Shown one piece after another: positions 18,201 to 26,788 of a stretch of DNA of 64,000 nt. The notes under the pieces are model-generated. The model saw nothing but the letters and a program-made list of their open reading frames with translations, did no database searches and had not been told where the DNA came from. A program made the translations under genes and the position numbers. Positions within the stretch are counted from its first letter, which is position 1, and every line of letters starts with the position of its first letter. Origin of the DNA: Candidatus Melainabacteria bacterium 17Bon1m (GTDB taxonomy: Bacteria > Cyanobacteriota > Vampirovibrionia > Obscuribacterales > Obscuribacteraceae); contig JAVLKG010000004.1 of NCBI GenBank assembly GCA_032128875.1, positions 32,001-96,000 on the forward strand, written 5' to 3'.

Positions 18201-18641
18201 CGGCTTGATGTCGCGGTGCAAAACCCCGCTCTGGTGCGCGTGTGCCAATCCGGCAGACGCTTGAAAGATAATCGCCCGCATCAATTTAGGAGGAATGGCG
18301 CCGCGGTCGTTGAGCAACTCCTCGAGAGTATGTCCATCTAGGTAGTCCATCACGAGGAATGGCTGCCCGTTTGTATGAACAAAGCAGTCGTAGACCGAGA
18401 CTATATTCGGGTGCCGCAATTTGCTGAGCGCGACTGCTTCTTTCTCGAAGCGCTTGATGATCGTTTGGTCTTCAACAAGATTGGACTGCAGCGTCTTCAT
18501 TGCTACAGACCGGTCCATAAAAAGGTGTTGACCCTTATAGACGATGCTAAATCTGCCCGCGCCCACCAGTTCGGTGATACGGTAGCGCTCGGCGAGAATT
18601 TTGCCGATTAATGGGTCGTTTGTTGTTGGGGTAAAAGTCAT
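15300..18641 (-). CDS. Hanks-type Ser/Thr protein kinase with long Pro/Ala/Gly-rich linker, one TM helix and low-complexity tail
   Basis: GAGRFSIVY, VAMK, HRDIKPDN, DFG, GSPAYISPE, DIYSL; TM segment LLIAGVAVAVFIFAGIGIATWLL. Confidence 0.92.
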   Translation of the reverse strand: MTFTPTTNDPLIGKILAERYRITELVGAGRFSIVYKGQHLFMDRSVAMKTLQSNLVEDQTIIKRFEKEAVALSKLRHPNIVSVYDCFVHTNGQPFLVMDYLDGHTLEELLNDRGAIPPKLMRAIIFQASAGLAHAHQSGVLHRDIKPDNIILLPREKTDERVRLLDFGFALLQGDMERLTLSGTLCGSPAYISPERWNGKELDARSDIYSLAVVMFQGLTGQLPFKASSLEELRNMHVSQEPPKLGDLVPSLKDDNLAHQILAIAMAKDPDLRYQTMKDFHNAIKLWAPNSDDAEIAQWAKNVGPKPTKSMQGQPAMPQNGAGAGAGAVQTSAGPTAAGQSAPGQSAAAQAAPDQAIQQGNFTPPPGVGQSATPKQFDAATTLPNNQPKPPFDDSASLPTGDATAQQAAPVGKDAPKGYVAVDINSHPLSPEALAKIPKPNPRASLTKMDVAYIQAIAKTLGDSLGDDAKSIEITPELEEELGRAPKEETTKLDFKSMPPPATQSTVPQPGPKVVPVVDRRQNKQSDGSSDEHDSLPVSTWPAPDLNQSLNPGSKPFGAKPTTPVNPGALNAPAQPPKPVPAPAPTTPPPSPATSAPTAKTPDQQLFADWSAKQAVVPERPNQPVPSDWNAKQEVPWISNPDDFKPRADFGSAGQSAAADFGAPGTAPPFTPGGGTGGPGGMTGAPGGMTGAPGGPAAQSASSGPSSGGFGAPGAAPPSAGKPDGSAAPSFGANAWAPQTGPVFGQAPPGISHVGAPDPQSQDASKVSSSRISPVLPGSPSPNADAPGEVPWTNMSSSAPVDFGKMFNDNNTLVNDLGISASMPTGTGMPDNIGGTEVASPTASSASLSVSSEHSAPPKGAKKRGRLPTFVDKEYAPDEGTDNFDGSAPQAKKGGKGLLIAGVAVAVFIFAGIGIATWLLTNVNSNNQQSTESAQSATAPSTDTNNANSSTANSTDSTTAPNSSDTTAATSGTTNNATAAGVTDEGTTPGDNTASTPPETAKTPAAAPKPAPPKPAPKPPVAAKAPPNPAPKKEEHSTGGWFGFPSFNQNKEEEKKAAVTANEEAVKPAAPPRPKKKKKPKRAPVAHKAPAAPAGGGYVEVEVSPSRRAYRSY
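16558..16607. repeat. In-frame 21-bp tandem repeat in the kinase linker
   Basis: CCACCTGGCGCACCAGTCATG twice plus a partial copy (PGGMTGA units). Confidence 0.8.
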
Positions 18642-18904
18642 GTCAGCTCGCAATCGCTGGGCTTGTCGCTAGGATCCCATCGTACAAAAATCGCCTGTAG
18701 AAAGCTCTGCATAGTAAAACTGTCTGATATTAGATCCAGGTATGTATTAAGGCCTTATATCTGCCCTTTCCAATGGCGATATACCACCTGGGCCGACTAA
18801 ACCCGCAAAATAGAGCTGTCCAACCTGCAAAAAGGGGATTTTGACAAGCCCGTTCGGACTTTTACTCCCCCTGAAGGGATATCGACCCGATATTTAGTGC
18901 ATAC

Positions 18905-18943
18905 GAAGAAGACTTCCCTCCCCGAGGAAATCTGGGAGGGAAG
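18905..18943 (-). terminator. Probable intrinsic terminator downstream of sepF
   Basis: CTTCCCTCCC (18913-18922) / GGGAGGGAAG (18934-18943) stem followed on the - strand by TCTTCTT. Confidence 0.6.
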
Positions 18944-19115
18944 AACTTGTTTGTGGTGGATTAGGTAAGGAGGAAACACTGCACCTGATGGGCTTTCCAT
19001 CAATTGCATTGTCCATCAATGATAGCAGCGGACTTAAAAGGCAGCTGTTAATAAACTTGAAGAGCTGCGAATCAAACACCCAGCAAGCGCTTGATGAAAA
19101 TTCATTAATCCAGGG

Positions 19116-19628
19116 CTACGCGTTTGGCCAGGGTGAGCTGCTGGTTGAAAACGGATTAGAGCCGGCCGGAGAATACAAGAAGTCAAGCGCTGTCCCGGTA
19201 TCGAAACCAGGAGTACCTGCGGCTGTTGCTGCTGCTTTTCCGGGCACTGTGATTTTGATATTGCTCGGGCAGAAGATGTAGACCTGTTCGCTGAGCTTGT
19301 GGAAATCACCATCAAGTGCGGCAGAAGCGCCGGCAACGAAATCTACCAATCTGTTGGCATCAATCTTCTTCATGTTACCCAGCGAAATTGTTGTCGCTGC
19401 GCGGGAGCGCAGGCATTCGACAATTTCTACTGCTTCGTCAAACGAAACAGGCTCGAACATTGAAATCTGGGTGCCGAGTCGCTCTGGTGCTGATGAGCGC
19501 ATTGAGGTCATAGGCACGAGTCTCTTTTCGGCAATTGCCGGAAACAAGTCGACTTCCTTTCTGGCACCACGTCCGCTTCCAGAAGGCAGCGGGATTTCGT
19601 TCATCGTATCTTGGGTGTCGTCAGCCAT
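19116..19628 (-). CDS. sepF: Cell division protein SepF
   Basis: EPVSFDEAVEIVECLR...ANRLVDFVAGASAALDG...YIFCPSNI. Confidence 0.9.
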   Translation of the reverse strand: MADDTQDTMNEIPLPSGSGRGARKEVDLFPAIAEKRLVPMTSMRSSAPERLGTQISMFEPVSFDEAVEIVECLRSRAATTISLGNMKKIDANRLVDFVAGASAALDGDFHKLSEQVYIFCPSNIKITVPGKAAATAAGTPGFDTGTALDFLYSPAGSNPFSTSSSPWPNA

Positions 19629-19865
19629 AGTAGTCCTTCTTCGATTTTTATCGTTGTAGGTATATTTTGTTGATAAGAGACCGACTATCTACCGTCTTGC
19701 ACAATATCGGTTGGAGCATCTATCGAATATGCCACCTGTGATGGTGTCTTATCTTTGCTCTTATCATAGCTACAATTCTAGTTCATTCCAGGTTTTTCGC
19801 AAGTAGAAAAAGGTGCCATCGCAGACGGTAGCACTCTTGAAACCCGCATGATACCTGGCTTTTGG

Positions 19866-20579
19866 TCAACGATTAATTGCGGCCGCAAGTGCTTCGCATA
19901 TGCGTAAGTCTTCTTTTGTAGTGATTTTGATGTTCCATCTTGTACTCAAGACCACACTCACTTTATATCCCGCCATCTCCATGATTGCGGCATCGTCGGT
20001 GGTGACCCAACCATCAGCTTCTGCGCGTTGATGCGCTTTAAAAAGTTCTGAAAAACGTGCTGCTTGCGGCGTTTGGACTGCGACCAAGTTGGTCCTGTCA
20101 ACTGTCTCGCCGATTATATTGTCATCTACGCGCTTCACCGTATCCGATACCGGACTGCCGACGGTGCATGCTGGTTCTTTTTCTACGCACTTGATGACGT
20201 CATCAAGGATGGTGGCAGTGATTAGCGGTCGAGCTGCATCATGTACCAGAACCGCGTCTGGCTGAGATGCTTGCTGGGAGAGGAATTTCAGACCATTGAA
20301 AACGGAGGCTTGTCTGGTTGCACCTCCCGTGGTGACCGATAACTTCTCCAGTCCTCTGGTAATCCACTTACTCACGTCGGCTTTAACTTCGGCTTCCATA
20401 TCGGCGGCAACCACAATTACTACCCGATCGATTCTCGGGTGTTCGAGAAGACACTTCAGCCCCCATGTATATACGGGAGAGCCGTTCAAAAGCTGGTATT
20501 GCTTTGGTGATTCCTCTCCAAAGCGCTGACCACTGCCGGCGCAGACCAAAACTGCGGCAATTGAGTTAAGAGGGCTCAC
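19866..20579 (-). CDS. ispD: 2-C-methyl-D-erythritol 4-phosphate cytidylyltransferase
   Basis: AGSGQRFG..PKQY, GGATRQASV, VLVHDAARP, VQTPQ, TDDA, NIKITT. Confidence 0.95.
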   Translation of the reverse strand: MSPLNSIAAVLVCAGSGQRFGEESPKQYQLLNGSPVYTWGLKCLLEHPRIDRVVIVVAADMEAEVKADVSKWITRGLEKLSVTTGGATRQASVFNGLKFLSQQASQPDAVLVHDAARPLITATILDDVIKCVEKEPACTVGSPVSDTVKRVDDNIIGETVDRTNLVAVQTPQAARFSELFKAHQRAEADGWVTTDDAAIMEMAGYKVSVVLSTRWNIKITTKEDLRICEALAAAINR

Positions 20580-20583
20580 CTAG

Positions 20584-21396
20584 TTAACCGAGGTCACCAG
20601 AACCGTCTGACATACTTTCCATCGCCGCTTCAACTGCAGCTGGGGCAATCGTTACCGCGGGAGTGTCGCTATCAACTCGTGTATCTGCAAATGAGCTGAC
20701 TTCATCTTTTGCTGATTCAGCTGATGTTTCGCGGATTTCTGAATCCATAAAAGAACCGGAGTCAGCACCGGAATCTGCGCCGGAATCTGTTCCAGTTCCG
20801 TTTGCTTCATCATCAAGCGTGAGTTGGACGACCATGCGGTCAGCCTCGCTATCTTCGCCTGGAGTGGCATCAAATGTAGTGCCGTCGTCTTCCCCTTCTT
20901 TGGCTTTCTTTCTGTCGCTCTTACGCAACTCTGTACGCAATGACTTGGCGTCCTGCGTTAGCCTGAAATAGTCTTGGAACTGCTTTGTTGTTGTCAGCAG
21001 TGGCGAGCGACCATCTTCTTTCTTATTAATAAGTTCGCGCTGCAGCAATTCCTTAATATGGTCGTAAGCACCAGCGCCGCGAATCTTGATGATGTCCGCT
21101 TGAGCAACTGGCTGCTTAATAGCGATTGCAGACAAAGTACGCAACAAAGCGAGAGGCAATTCCATCGGAAGGAATTCATCGATAATCGAAGAATATTGAT
21201 CCTTGACCTGAATGATATATCCGTCGTCATCGGCAATCTCCAGGGCACCATCTCTGGTTTCATAATCCTGGATCAGGTCCAATATAGCTTTTCGCACCAA
21301 TTGCACATCTTCATTGACGATACGTGCAATGGCCTGAGCTCTGACCGGTTTTTCGGTCAAAAATAGAACTGATTCAATTTTTGCTTTTAGACTCAT
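20584..21396 (-). CDS. scpB: SMC-ScpAB subunit ScpB with acidic C-terminal tail
   Basis: KIESVLF, LRTLSAIAIKQPV..ADIIKIRG, TTKQFQDYF; ATGA overlap with scpA. Confidence 0.92.
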   Translation of the reverse strand: MSLKAKIESVLFLTEKPVRAQAIARIVNEDVQLVRKAILDLIQDYETRDGALEIADDDGYIIQVKDQYSSIIDEFLPMELPLALLRTLSAIAIKQPVAQADIIKIRGAGAYDHIKELLQRELINKKEDGRSPLLTTTKQFQDYFRLTQDAKSLRTELRKSDRKKAKEGEDDGTTFDATPGEDSEADRMVVQLTLDDEANGTGTDSGADSGADSGSFMDSEIRETSAESAKDEVSSFADTRVDSDTPAVTIAPAAVEAAMESMSDGSGDLG

Positions 21397-22832
21397 GGCT
21401 GCATCTCAATTGGTGTTCCGGTCACCTTAAAAGCCTGTCCCAGAGCGGGCGGTTCGGCTCGTACGATATGTACAGGTCCGTAAAACTCTTCTTGTTCTAA
21501 TACTATTTTACCTGCATTTGACAAGAATAGGATCGCCAAAAACGCGTCAACCCAATCTGATTTTGGTCCGAGCATCTTAATTAACTTCAGCAGGGTGAGC
21601 GCGTCTCCAATCTTGATCGACTCTTCCAATAAGCGATCGACACGCGCAATAGTTACTTCGATATCCTCATCGTGCGCCAATTCGAGTATGTCTTCGACAT
21701 CTCGCACATCGATGTAACCATCTGTCTGAATGCGCTGACGAGGTTTTTTCTCTAGGCGCTCCTTCTCGAGCTTTTCAGCGTCTTTCAGGGCGTCGATGAG
21801 TTGTTGGAGTGTAACTTTACGTTGACGATTTTGTTTGTTGTTGGTGCGGCGAACCAGCGCTTTCTCAAGATCTTTTAGTGTGATCTGTCTGGGCTGGTCG
21901 GTATCCATCGCGAGCAAATCTTCATCGAAGTCGATGAAATCATCACCGCCGACATCCAATTCAGCGGAAGCTGCTGCAAGCAGTGCCTCTGCTTTCATCC
22001 TGAGAAGAACGGAAGCGTGGAAAATGATTCTTCCGCTTTGACGTAAGTTTTCTTTTGGTGCGGCGGCAATTGCCTTCAAGAATTTGTCGGTGACGTCGAT
22101 AATATCGATGTTCTTTGGATCGATGTCGCCGGACTCGGCGAGCTTGATCAAGATTTCGATACCGTCGACAGGCTTTTCTGTAACGCTAGCTTCGATGCCG
22201 GTTGATGGATTGCCACTCTGACCGTCTGTCAGAGCGCCCACAGCCGCCGAAGATTCTATTGAACTTTCTATAGAAACAACTGTTGAAGTAGTTTCTATAG
22301 AAACAGTTTCCGTCAAAACCATTTCAGTCGAAACCGCTTCCGTCGAACCTACACTTACGTTTTTTGCTTGTAACGCATTCTCAATCGCACTTTCGATTGT
22401 TATTTGTTCAAATGGCGTGTCGCCAAAAATTGGAATGTCGAACTTTACCGATCTCGAAGTGCCTTTTGATTTCGAAGTGCTGGCTTTAGCAGTTGCCCCC
22501 TTCACGGTGGCTCCCTTCGTGGTCGCGCCTCTGGAAGCTTTCTCTTTCGCCACAACGGAGACATCAAAGTCTTCCAGGATTACGCCGTCATTCAAATCCA
22601 TTGAAGCTGGTTCGATTGAAACATCAACCGAGCGCTCAATAGAGACCTCTACGGATCTATCGAATGAAACATCAACCGAACTTTCGATCGATACTTCGAC
22701 TTGTGTTTGGTTTGCACTGTTTTCCGCGACAACCGTCTTCAGACCTTCCACCGCTTGGGCAGCCGGATCTACCGCCTGCGCGATAGCAGGGGCTGGACTC
22801 GGGTTTACTGTTGTAGGGTCATGACCGTCCAT
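21393..22832 (-). CDS. scpA: Kleisin ScpA with ~220-aa low-complexity N-terminal extension
   Basis: IEILIKLAESGDIDPKNIDIIDVTDKFL, ASVLLRMKAEALL, FLAILFLSNAGKIVLEQEEFYGPV; ATG 22832 with SD overlapping the smc stop. Confidence 0.9.
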   Translation of the reverse strand: MDGHDPTTVNPSPAPAIAQAVDPAAQAVEGLKTVVAENSANQTQVEVSIESSVDVSFDRSVEVSIERSVDVSIEPASMDLNDGVILEDFDVSVVAKEKASRGATTKGATVKGATAKASTSKSKGTSRSVKFDIPIFGDTPFEQITIESAIENALQAKNVSVGSTEAVSTEMVLTETVSIETTSTVVSIESSIESSAAVGALTDGQSGNPSTGIEASVTEKPVDGIEILIKLAESGDIDPKNIDIIDVTDKFLKAIAAAPKENLRQSGRIIFHASVLLRMKAEALLAAASAELDVGGDDFIDFDEDLLAMDTDQPRQITLKDLEKALVRRTNNKQNRQRKVTLQQLIDALKDAEKLEKERLEKKPRQRIQTDGYIDVRDVEDILELAHDEDIEVTIARVDRLLEESIKIGDALTLLKLIKMLGPKSDWVDAFLAILFLSNAGKIVLEQEEFYGPVHIVRAEPPALGQAFKVTGTPIEMQP

Positions 22833-22839
22833 CAATTCC

Positions 22840-25800
22840 TCAAGCGCTTATAGCGGCTGCATGCTGTTCTTCATCAGGAATGTGAATTTCCTTGATGCCG
22901 ACAGTTCTGGAGAAACCGTCTGCGCGGAGTGAAACTCCAATAGCGTGATCGGAATTTTCGATCATCGGGCGACGGAGGCTAACCACAACGAATTGTGCTT
23001 GCTCCGATTGAGCTTTGACCATACGAGCCAAACGCTCGGCGTTCGAGCCGTCCAACATCATGTCGACTTCGTCGAATGCGTAGAACGGAGCCGGTGCATA
23101 TCTCTGGAACGCGAACACGAAGGAAAGCGCCGTCAGTGACTTTTCTCCACCAGAGAGAGCCTCGATGCGTTGCATCTTCTTCTCTCTTGGTTGAGCGCGA
23201 ATAATAAGACCGCCGCTGAAGGGATCTTCCGGATTCTCCAGTTCCAAGCGACCGGAACCATGTGAGAGTTCAGCGAAGATGGTCTGGAAGTTGGCGTTGA
23301 TAGCGTCGAAGGCTTCCATAAAGGTCCGCTTCTTCAGCTCGTCGTAGCCGGCGATACGTTGGAGAATCTCGTCGTGCTCGACCGTGAGTACATTGAGGTG
23401 GTCGTCCAATTCTTTCTTGCGCTGATCTGTTTGGTTGTAGTCTTCCAGCGCCTTCATGTTGACCGGTTCTAACGCACGCATGCGTTTTTCCAATCTTTCG
23501 ACCTGATGTTTGAGCTGGTCGACCGTACCTTGATTTGGTGGCTCGTATCCAGGGTTTTCTTCCAGGACGCGTTCAATCTCGGCCTTGAGTTGGACCAATT
23601 GATTCTGCAAATCAAAGTGCGCAAGCTTTCTTTCCTTGCGCTGCTCTGCAATATGGATTTGTTCTTGCTCGACTTTGGTTCTGTCTACTTCAAGACCTGT
23701 GAGCTTCTCGTGAATGTTGTCTTTAGCGGCTCTGAGCCCTTCGAGTTCCTCTGAAAGAACGGTAATTTGTTGTTCTTTCTGTTGAATAGATTCGCGCAGT
23801 TCGCTAATAACCTTGTCGAACTGTGGCTTCTGCGCTTCCAGCTCTGCCATTTCGGACGTCGAGGTGGTGAGCTGTTGCGACAGTTGCTCGCGGTTGTTTG
23901 TCTCTAGTCTTTCTTCCGTCTCAAGCGTGTCGGTAAGACGCTGAATGTCTTTCAGTTCTTTCTCGACAGCTTCCAAACCTTCACGCAAGTCTTCGGATTC
24001 AGTGATGAGCTCTTCGATTCGAGTCTTCTTGCCGACATCACGTACTTCATTGAGCGAGTCTTCCAACTTGGCGATCTGCTTGCCGAGATCCTTCAATGAG
24101 GCATCGAGACCGGACATCTCTTGATCGATCTTGTCGATTTCGTCGCCGTGCTCTCTCAATTTAGGTTTGACGCCTTCAATATCATTTTCCAAATCGATCT
24201 GGGCTTTGCGCTTCGCTTCAACTTCTACGAGTCTTTGGGAAAGCTCAGCACGCAAGTTATTTGCCTTAGCGCGCTCATCTGTAAGCGCCGCTTCTGTTTC
24301 TTTGAGCGACTCTTGAGCCCATTTGATCTGATCTCTGAGGTTTTTTGTTGTCTGTTTTAAAACAGCAAGGTCGGTCTCACCACGTGATGAGAAGTGCAGT
24401 TTGGCTTTGTTGTCCATACCGCCGGAAATAGAACCGGACTTGTCGAACAATTCGCCTTCGAGCGTGACCATGCGCGCCTGGTTGATCAGTTTGCGACCAA
24501 CTTCCATATCTTCAACGATGATGGTTTGTCCGCAAGCGTACTGAAAGGCGCGGGCAAAGCGCGGGTTGAAATCAATAAGGTTATAGGCAAAATCAATAAC
24601 ACCCGGGCGATTTGGCAGGAGACCCGGAGGTTGGGTTTGAATCTTATTAAGAGGAACGAAAGTTGCACGACCTGCTTGGTGCTTCTTCAAATAATTGATG
24701 CACTCTTGAGCAATTTGATCGTCGTCGACAACTACGTGACCGAGGCGCGGTCCGATAGCGATTTCCAATGCATTTGTATATTCATCGGAAACATTACCGA
24801 GTTGGCCGATTGTTCCATGAACACCAGGAATATTCGCATTGAGAATAGCTTCGACAGCACGTCCATAGCCGCTTTCGCCGACTACTTCTTTGGTCGTCTC
24901 CAACTCAATCAAGCGCTTTTGCATTGATTCCAATGCCGAACGCTTGCCTTCGATTTCTTCTCTTGTCGATTGCATTTCCGCTTCGAGCTGATGGATTGTC
25001 CTATCCACGCCCGTTACGAGTGCTTCGTGATCTTGATACTTCCGCTCGAACTGAGCGACGGTCGTCTTCGATGCTGACAAAAGTCCAATCGAATTGGTTG
25101 CCTTATCGCGCAAAACGACCAACTCTTTTTCAAGATTGGTCTTGGTAGTTGTAAGCTCTGTCTTTCTAACTTCCAGCTTGTGCCGGTCATCTCGAAGCGC
25201 TTGCAAGTCTGTGTGCAAGCTTGCGACTTTCTCGGAAGAAGAGTCTTTCTCCTGACGCATCACTTCGATTTCGGCCATGACGGCGCTGTAAGCACCTTGC
25301 TTCTCCATCAATCCAAGCTGCACAGCCTGCATATCTTCGCCGTGCTGTTTCTTTTGCTTGGTGATGTCGTTGAGGTGTTTGTCGATCGCTTTGATCTGTT
25401 GTTGAACCGATTTGATCAGCTTCGCTTTTTCGCCAATGACACCGGCGAGGTTGCTGGCTTTGTTTTCTTCCCGGGTCAATTCCCCTCTTTGGTTTTCCAA
25501 TTCTTGTCTGAGGAGAAGCTGCTCGTTGCCGCCCTTCTCGCGGATTTCTTGCTCGAGTGCGCCGAGTTCTGCACGCAACTTCACGAGATTGATTTCAACC
25601 TCTTCGAGTTTTGCTTGCAGTTCTTCTTCTTTCTTGTCGAGTTTTTCCAGCTCTTTGCGTTCGGTTTCGAGCTTGGCTTCAGTCTCGGAATGCCTTACGA
25701 ATACAAGGTCTTTCTCGAGGGTTTCTTTCTGGGTTTTTAGTTCGAGATATTTGAGAGCGTGATCTCTATCCGATCTAAGTTGTTCCAGGCGAACCGCAAT

Positions 25801-26370
25801 TTCTGCCAACACGATGCGCTGGTGGTCTATTTTTTCGGCTACAGCAGCCAGTTCGTTCTTTGCTTGATCGATACGGCGATCGAATTCGGCGACGCCGGCA
25901 AGTTCGTCGATGATTTTGCGACGCTCTGAACCGCTCATGGTCACGATGCCTGTGACGTCACCTTGCATGATGACGTTGTAGCCGGTTGGGCTGACGTTGT
26001 ACTTCGTCAGCTCGTCGTGAATCTCGGAAAGTGTGGCATTACGCCCATTCAGCATATAAGTGCTGGTATAACCGTTATCCTTTACACGGATACGGCGAGA
26101 TACTTCAATCTCCTTTTCCTTATCGTCAGTGAAGCGCACAGTGACTTTCGCTTCGTTTTTGCCGGAGAGATTGTTCAAAAGATCAGGTAGTCTTTCCGCT
26201 CGCATTGTTCGAGTGGACGAAAGACCTAGGGCAAATAGTAGGCTGTCGATGATATTCGACTTGCCCGATCCGTTTGGACCGGAGATGGTCGTAAACCCGT
26301 CTAGAAGCGGAACTCGAGTTACCTTACCGAACGACTTGAAGTTGTCAAGTTCGATTTCCTTGATTCTCAA
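22840..26370 (-). CDS. smc: Chromosome segregation protein SMC
   Basis: NFKSF, GPNGSGKSN, coiled coils, hinge GRATFVPL, LSGGEK, FDEVD. Confidence 0.98.
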   Translation of the reverse strand: MRIKEIELDNFKSFGKVTRVPLLDGFTTISGPNGSGKSNIIDSLLFALGLSSTRTMRAERLPDLLNNLSGKNEAKVTVRFTDDKEKEIEVSRRIRVKDNGYTSTYMLNGRNATLSEIHDELTKYNVSPTGYNVIMQGDVTGIVTMSGSERRKIIDELAGVAEFDRRIDQAKNELAAVAEKIDHQRIVLAEIAVRLEQLRSDRDHALKYLELKTQKETLEKDLVFVRHSETEAKLETERKELEKLDKKEEELQAKLEEVEINLVKLRAELGALEQEIREKGGNEQLLLRQELENQRGELTREENKASNLAGVIGEKAKLIKSVQQQIKAIDKHLNDITKQKKQHGEDMQAVQLGLMEKQGAYSAVMAEIEVMRQEKDSSSEKVASLHTDLQALRDDRHKLEVRKTELTTTKTNLEKELVVLRDKATNSIGLLSASKTTVAQFERKYQDHEALVTGVDRTIHQLEAEMQSTREEIEGKRSALESMQKRLIELETTKEVVGESGYGRAVEAILNANIPGVHGTIGQLGNVSDEYTNALEIAIGPRLGHVVVDDDQIAQECINYLKKHQAGRATFVPLNKIQTQPPGLLPNRPGVIDFAYNLIDFNPRFARAFQYACGQTIIVEDMEVGRKLINQARMVTLEGELFDKSGSISGGMDNKAKLHFSSRGETDLAVLKQTTKNLRDQIKWAQESLKETEAALTDERAKANNLRAELSQRLVEVEAKRKAQIDLENDIEGVKPKLREHGDEIDKIDQEMSGLDASLKDLGKQIAKLEDSLNEVRDVGKKTRIEELITESEDLREGLEAVEKELKDIQRLTDTLETEERLETNNREQLSQQLTTSTSEMAELEAQKPQFDKVISELRESIQQKEQQITVLSEELEGLRAAKDNIHEKLTGLEVDRTKVEQEQIHIAEQRKERKLAHFDLQNQLVQLKAEIERVLEENPGYEPPNQGTVDQLKHQVERLEKRMRALEPVNMKALEDYNQTDQRKKELDDHLNVLTVEHDEILQRIAGYDELKKRTFMEAFDAINANFQTIFAELSHGSGRLELENPEDPFSGGLIIRAQPREKKMQRIEALSGGEKSLTALSFVFAFQRYAPAPFYAFDEVDMMLDGSNAERLARMVKAQSEQAQFVVVSLRRPMIENSDHAIGVSLRADGFSRTVGIKEIHIPDEEQHAAAISA

Positions 26371-26788
26371 AAGAGTCCCCCACTAACGCAATTTTTCACG
26401 CTTTCTTCAGCCGCATTAGACTATACACTGCATCTGGTGTCAAGAAATATTCTGATCTGCGGCGATTTTCTCACAAGATTTTGACACGTTCGAGCAGATG
26501 GGCAGCCGTATTTTAGCCCTTCTGATTTCGACTTGTCACCACTATTGGTTTCACCTTCGTGCCACCACCGGTGATCCTGGCAGACTACTATCGGTAATCT
26601 TAGGTATATCCGCACGATCTCATGACAACACTGTTGATTATATGTCGCTAGACCTGATGGTTGGTGGGAACATATACAAAAGGAGTCCTTTCTTGAAGAT
26701 ATGTTCTTTTCTTTTGTTTGGTGTGGAACATAAAAAAGTGTACTCGGCCTCCACCAGGGAGAGCCGTTAGCGTTAAACCGATTGCCTA

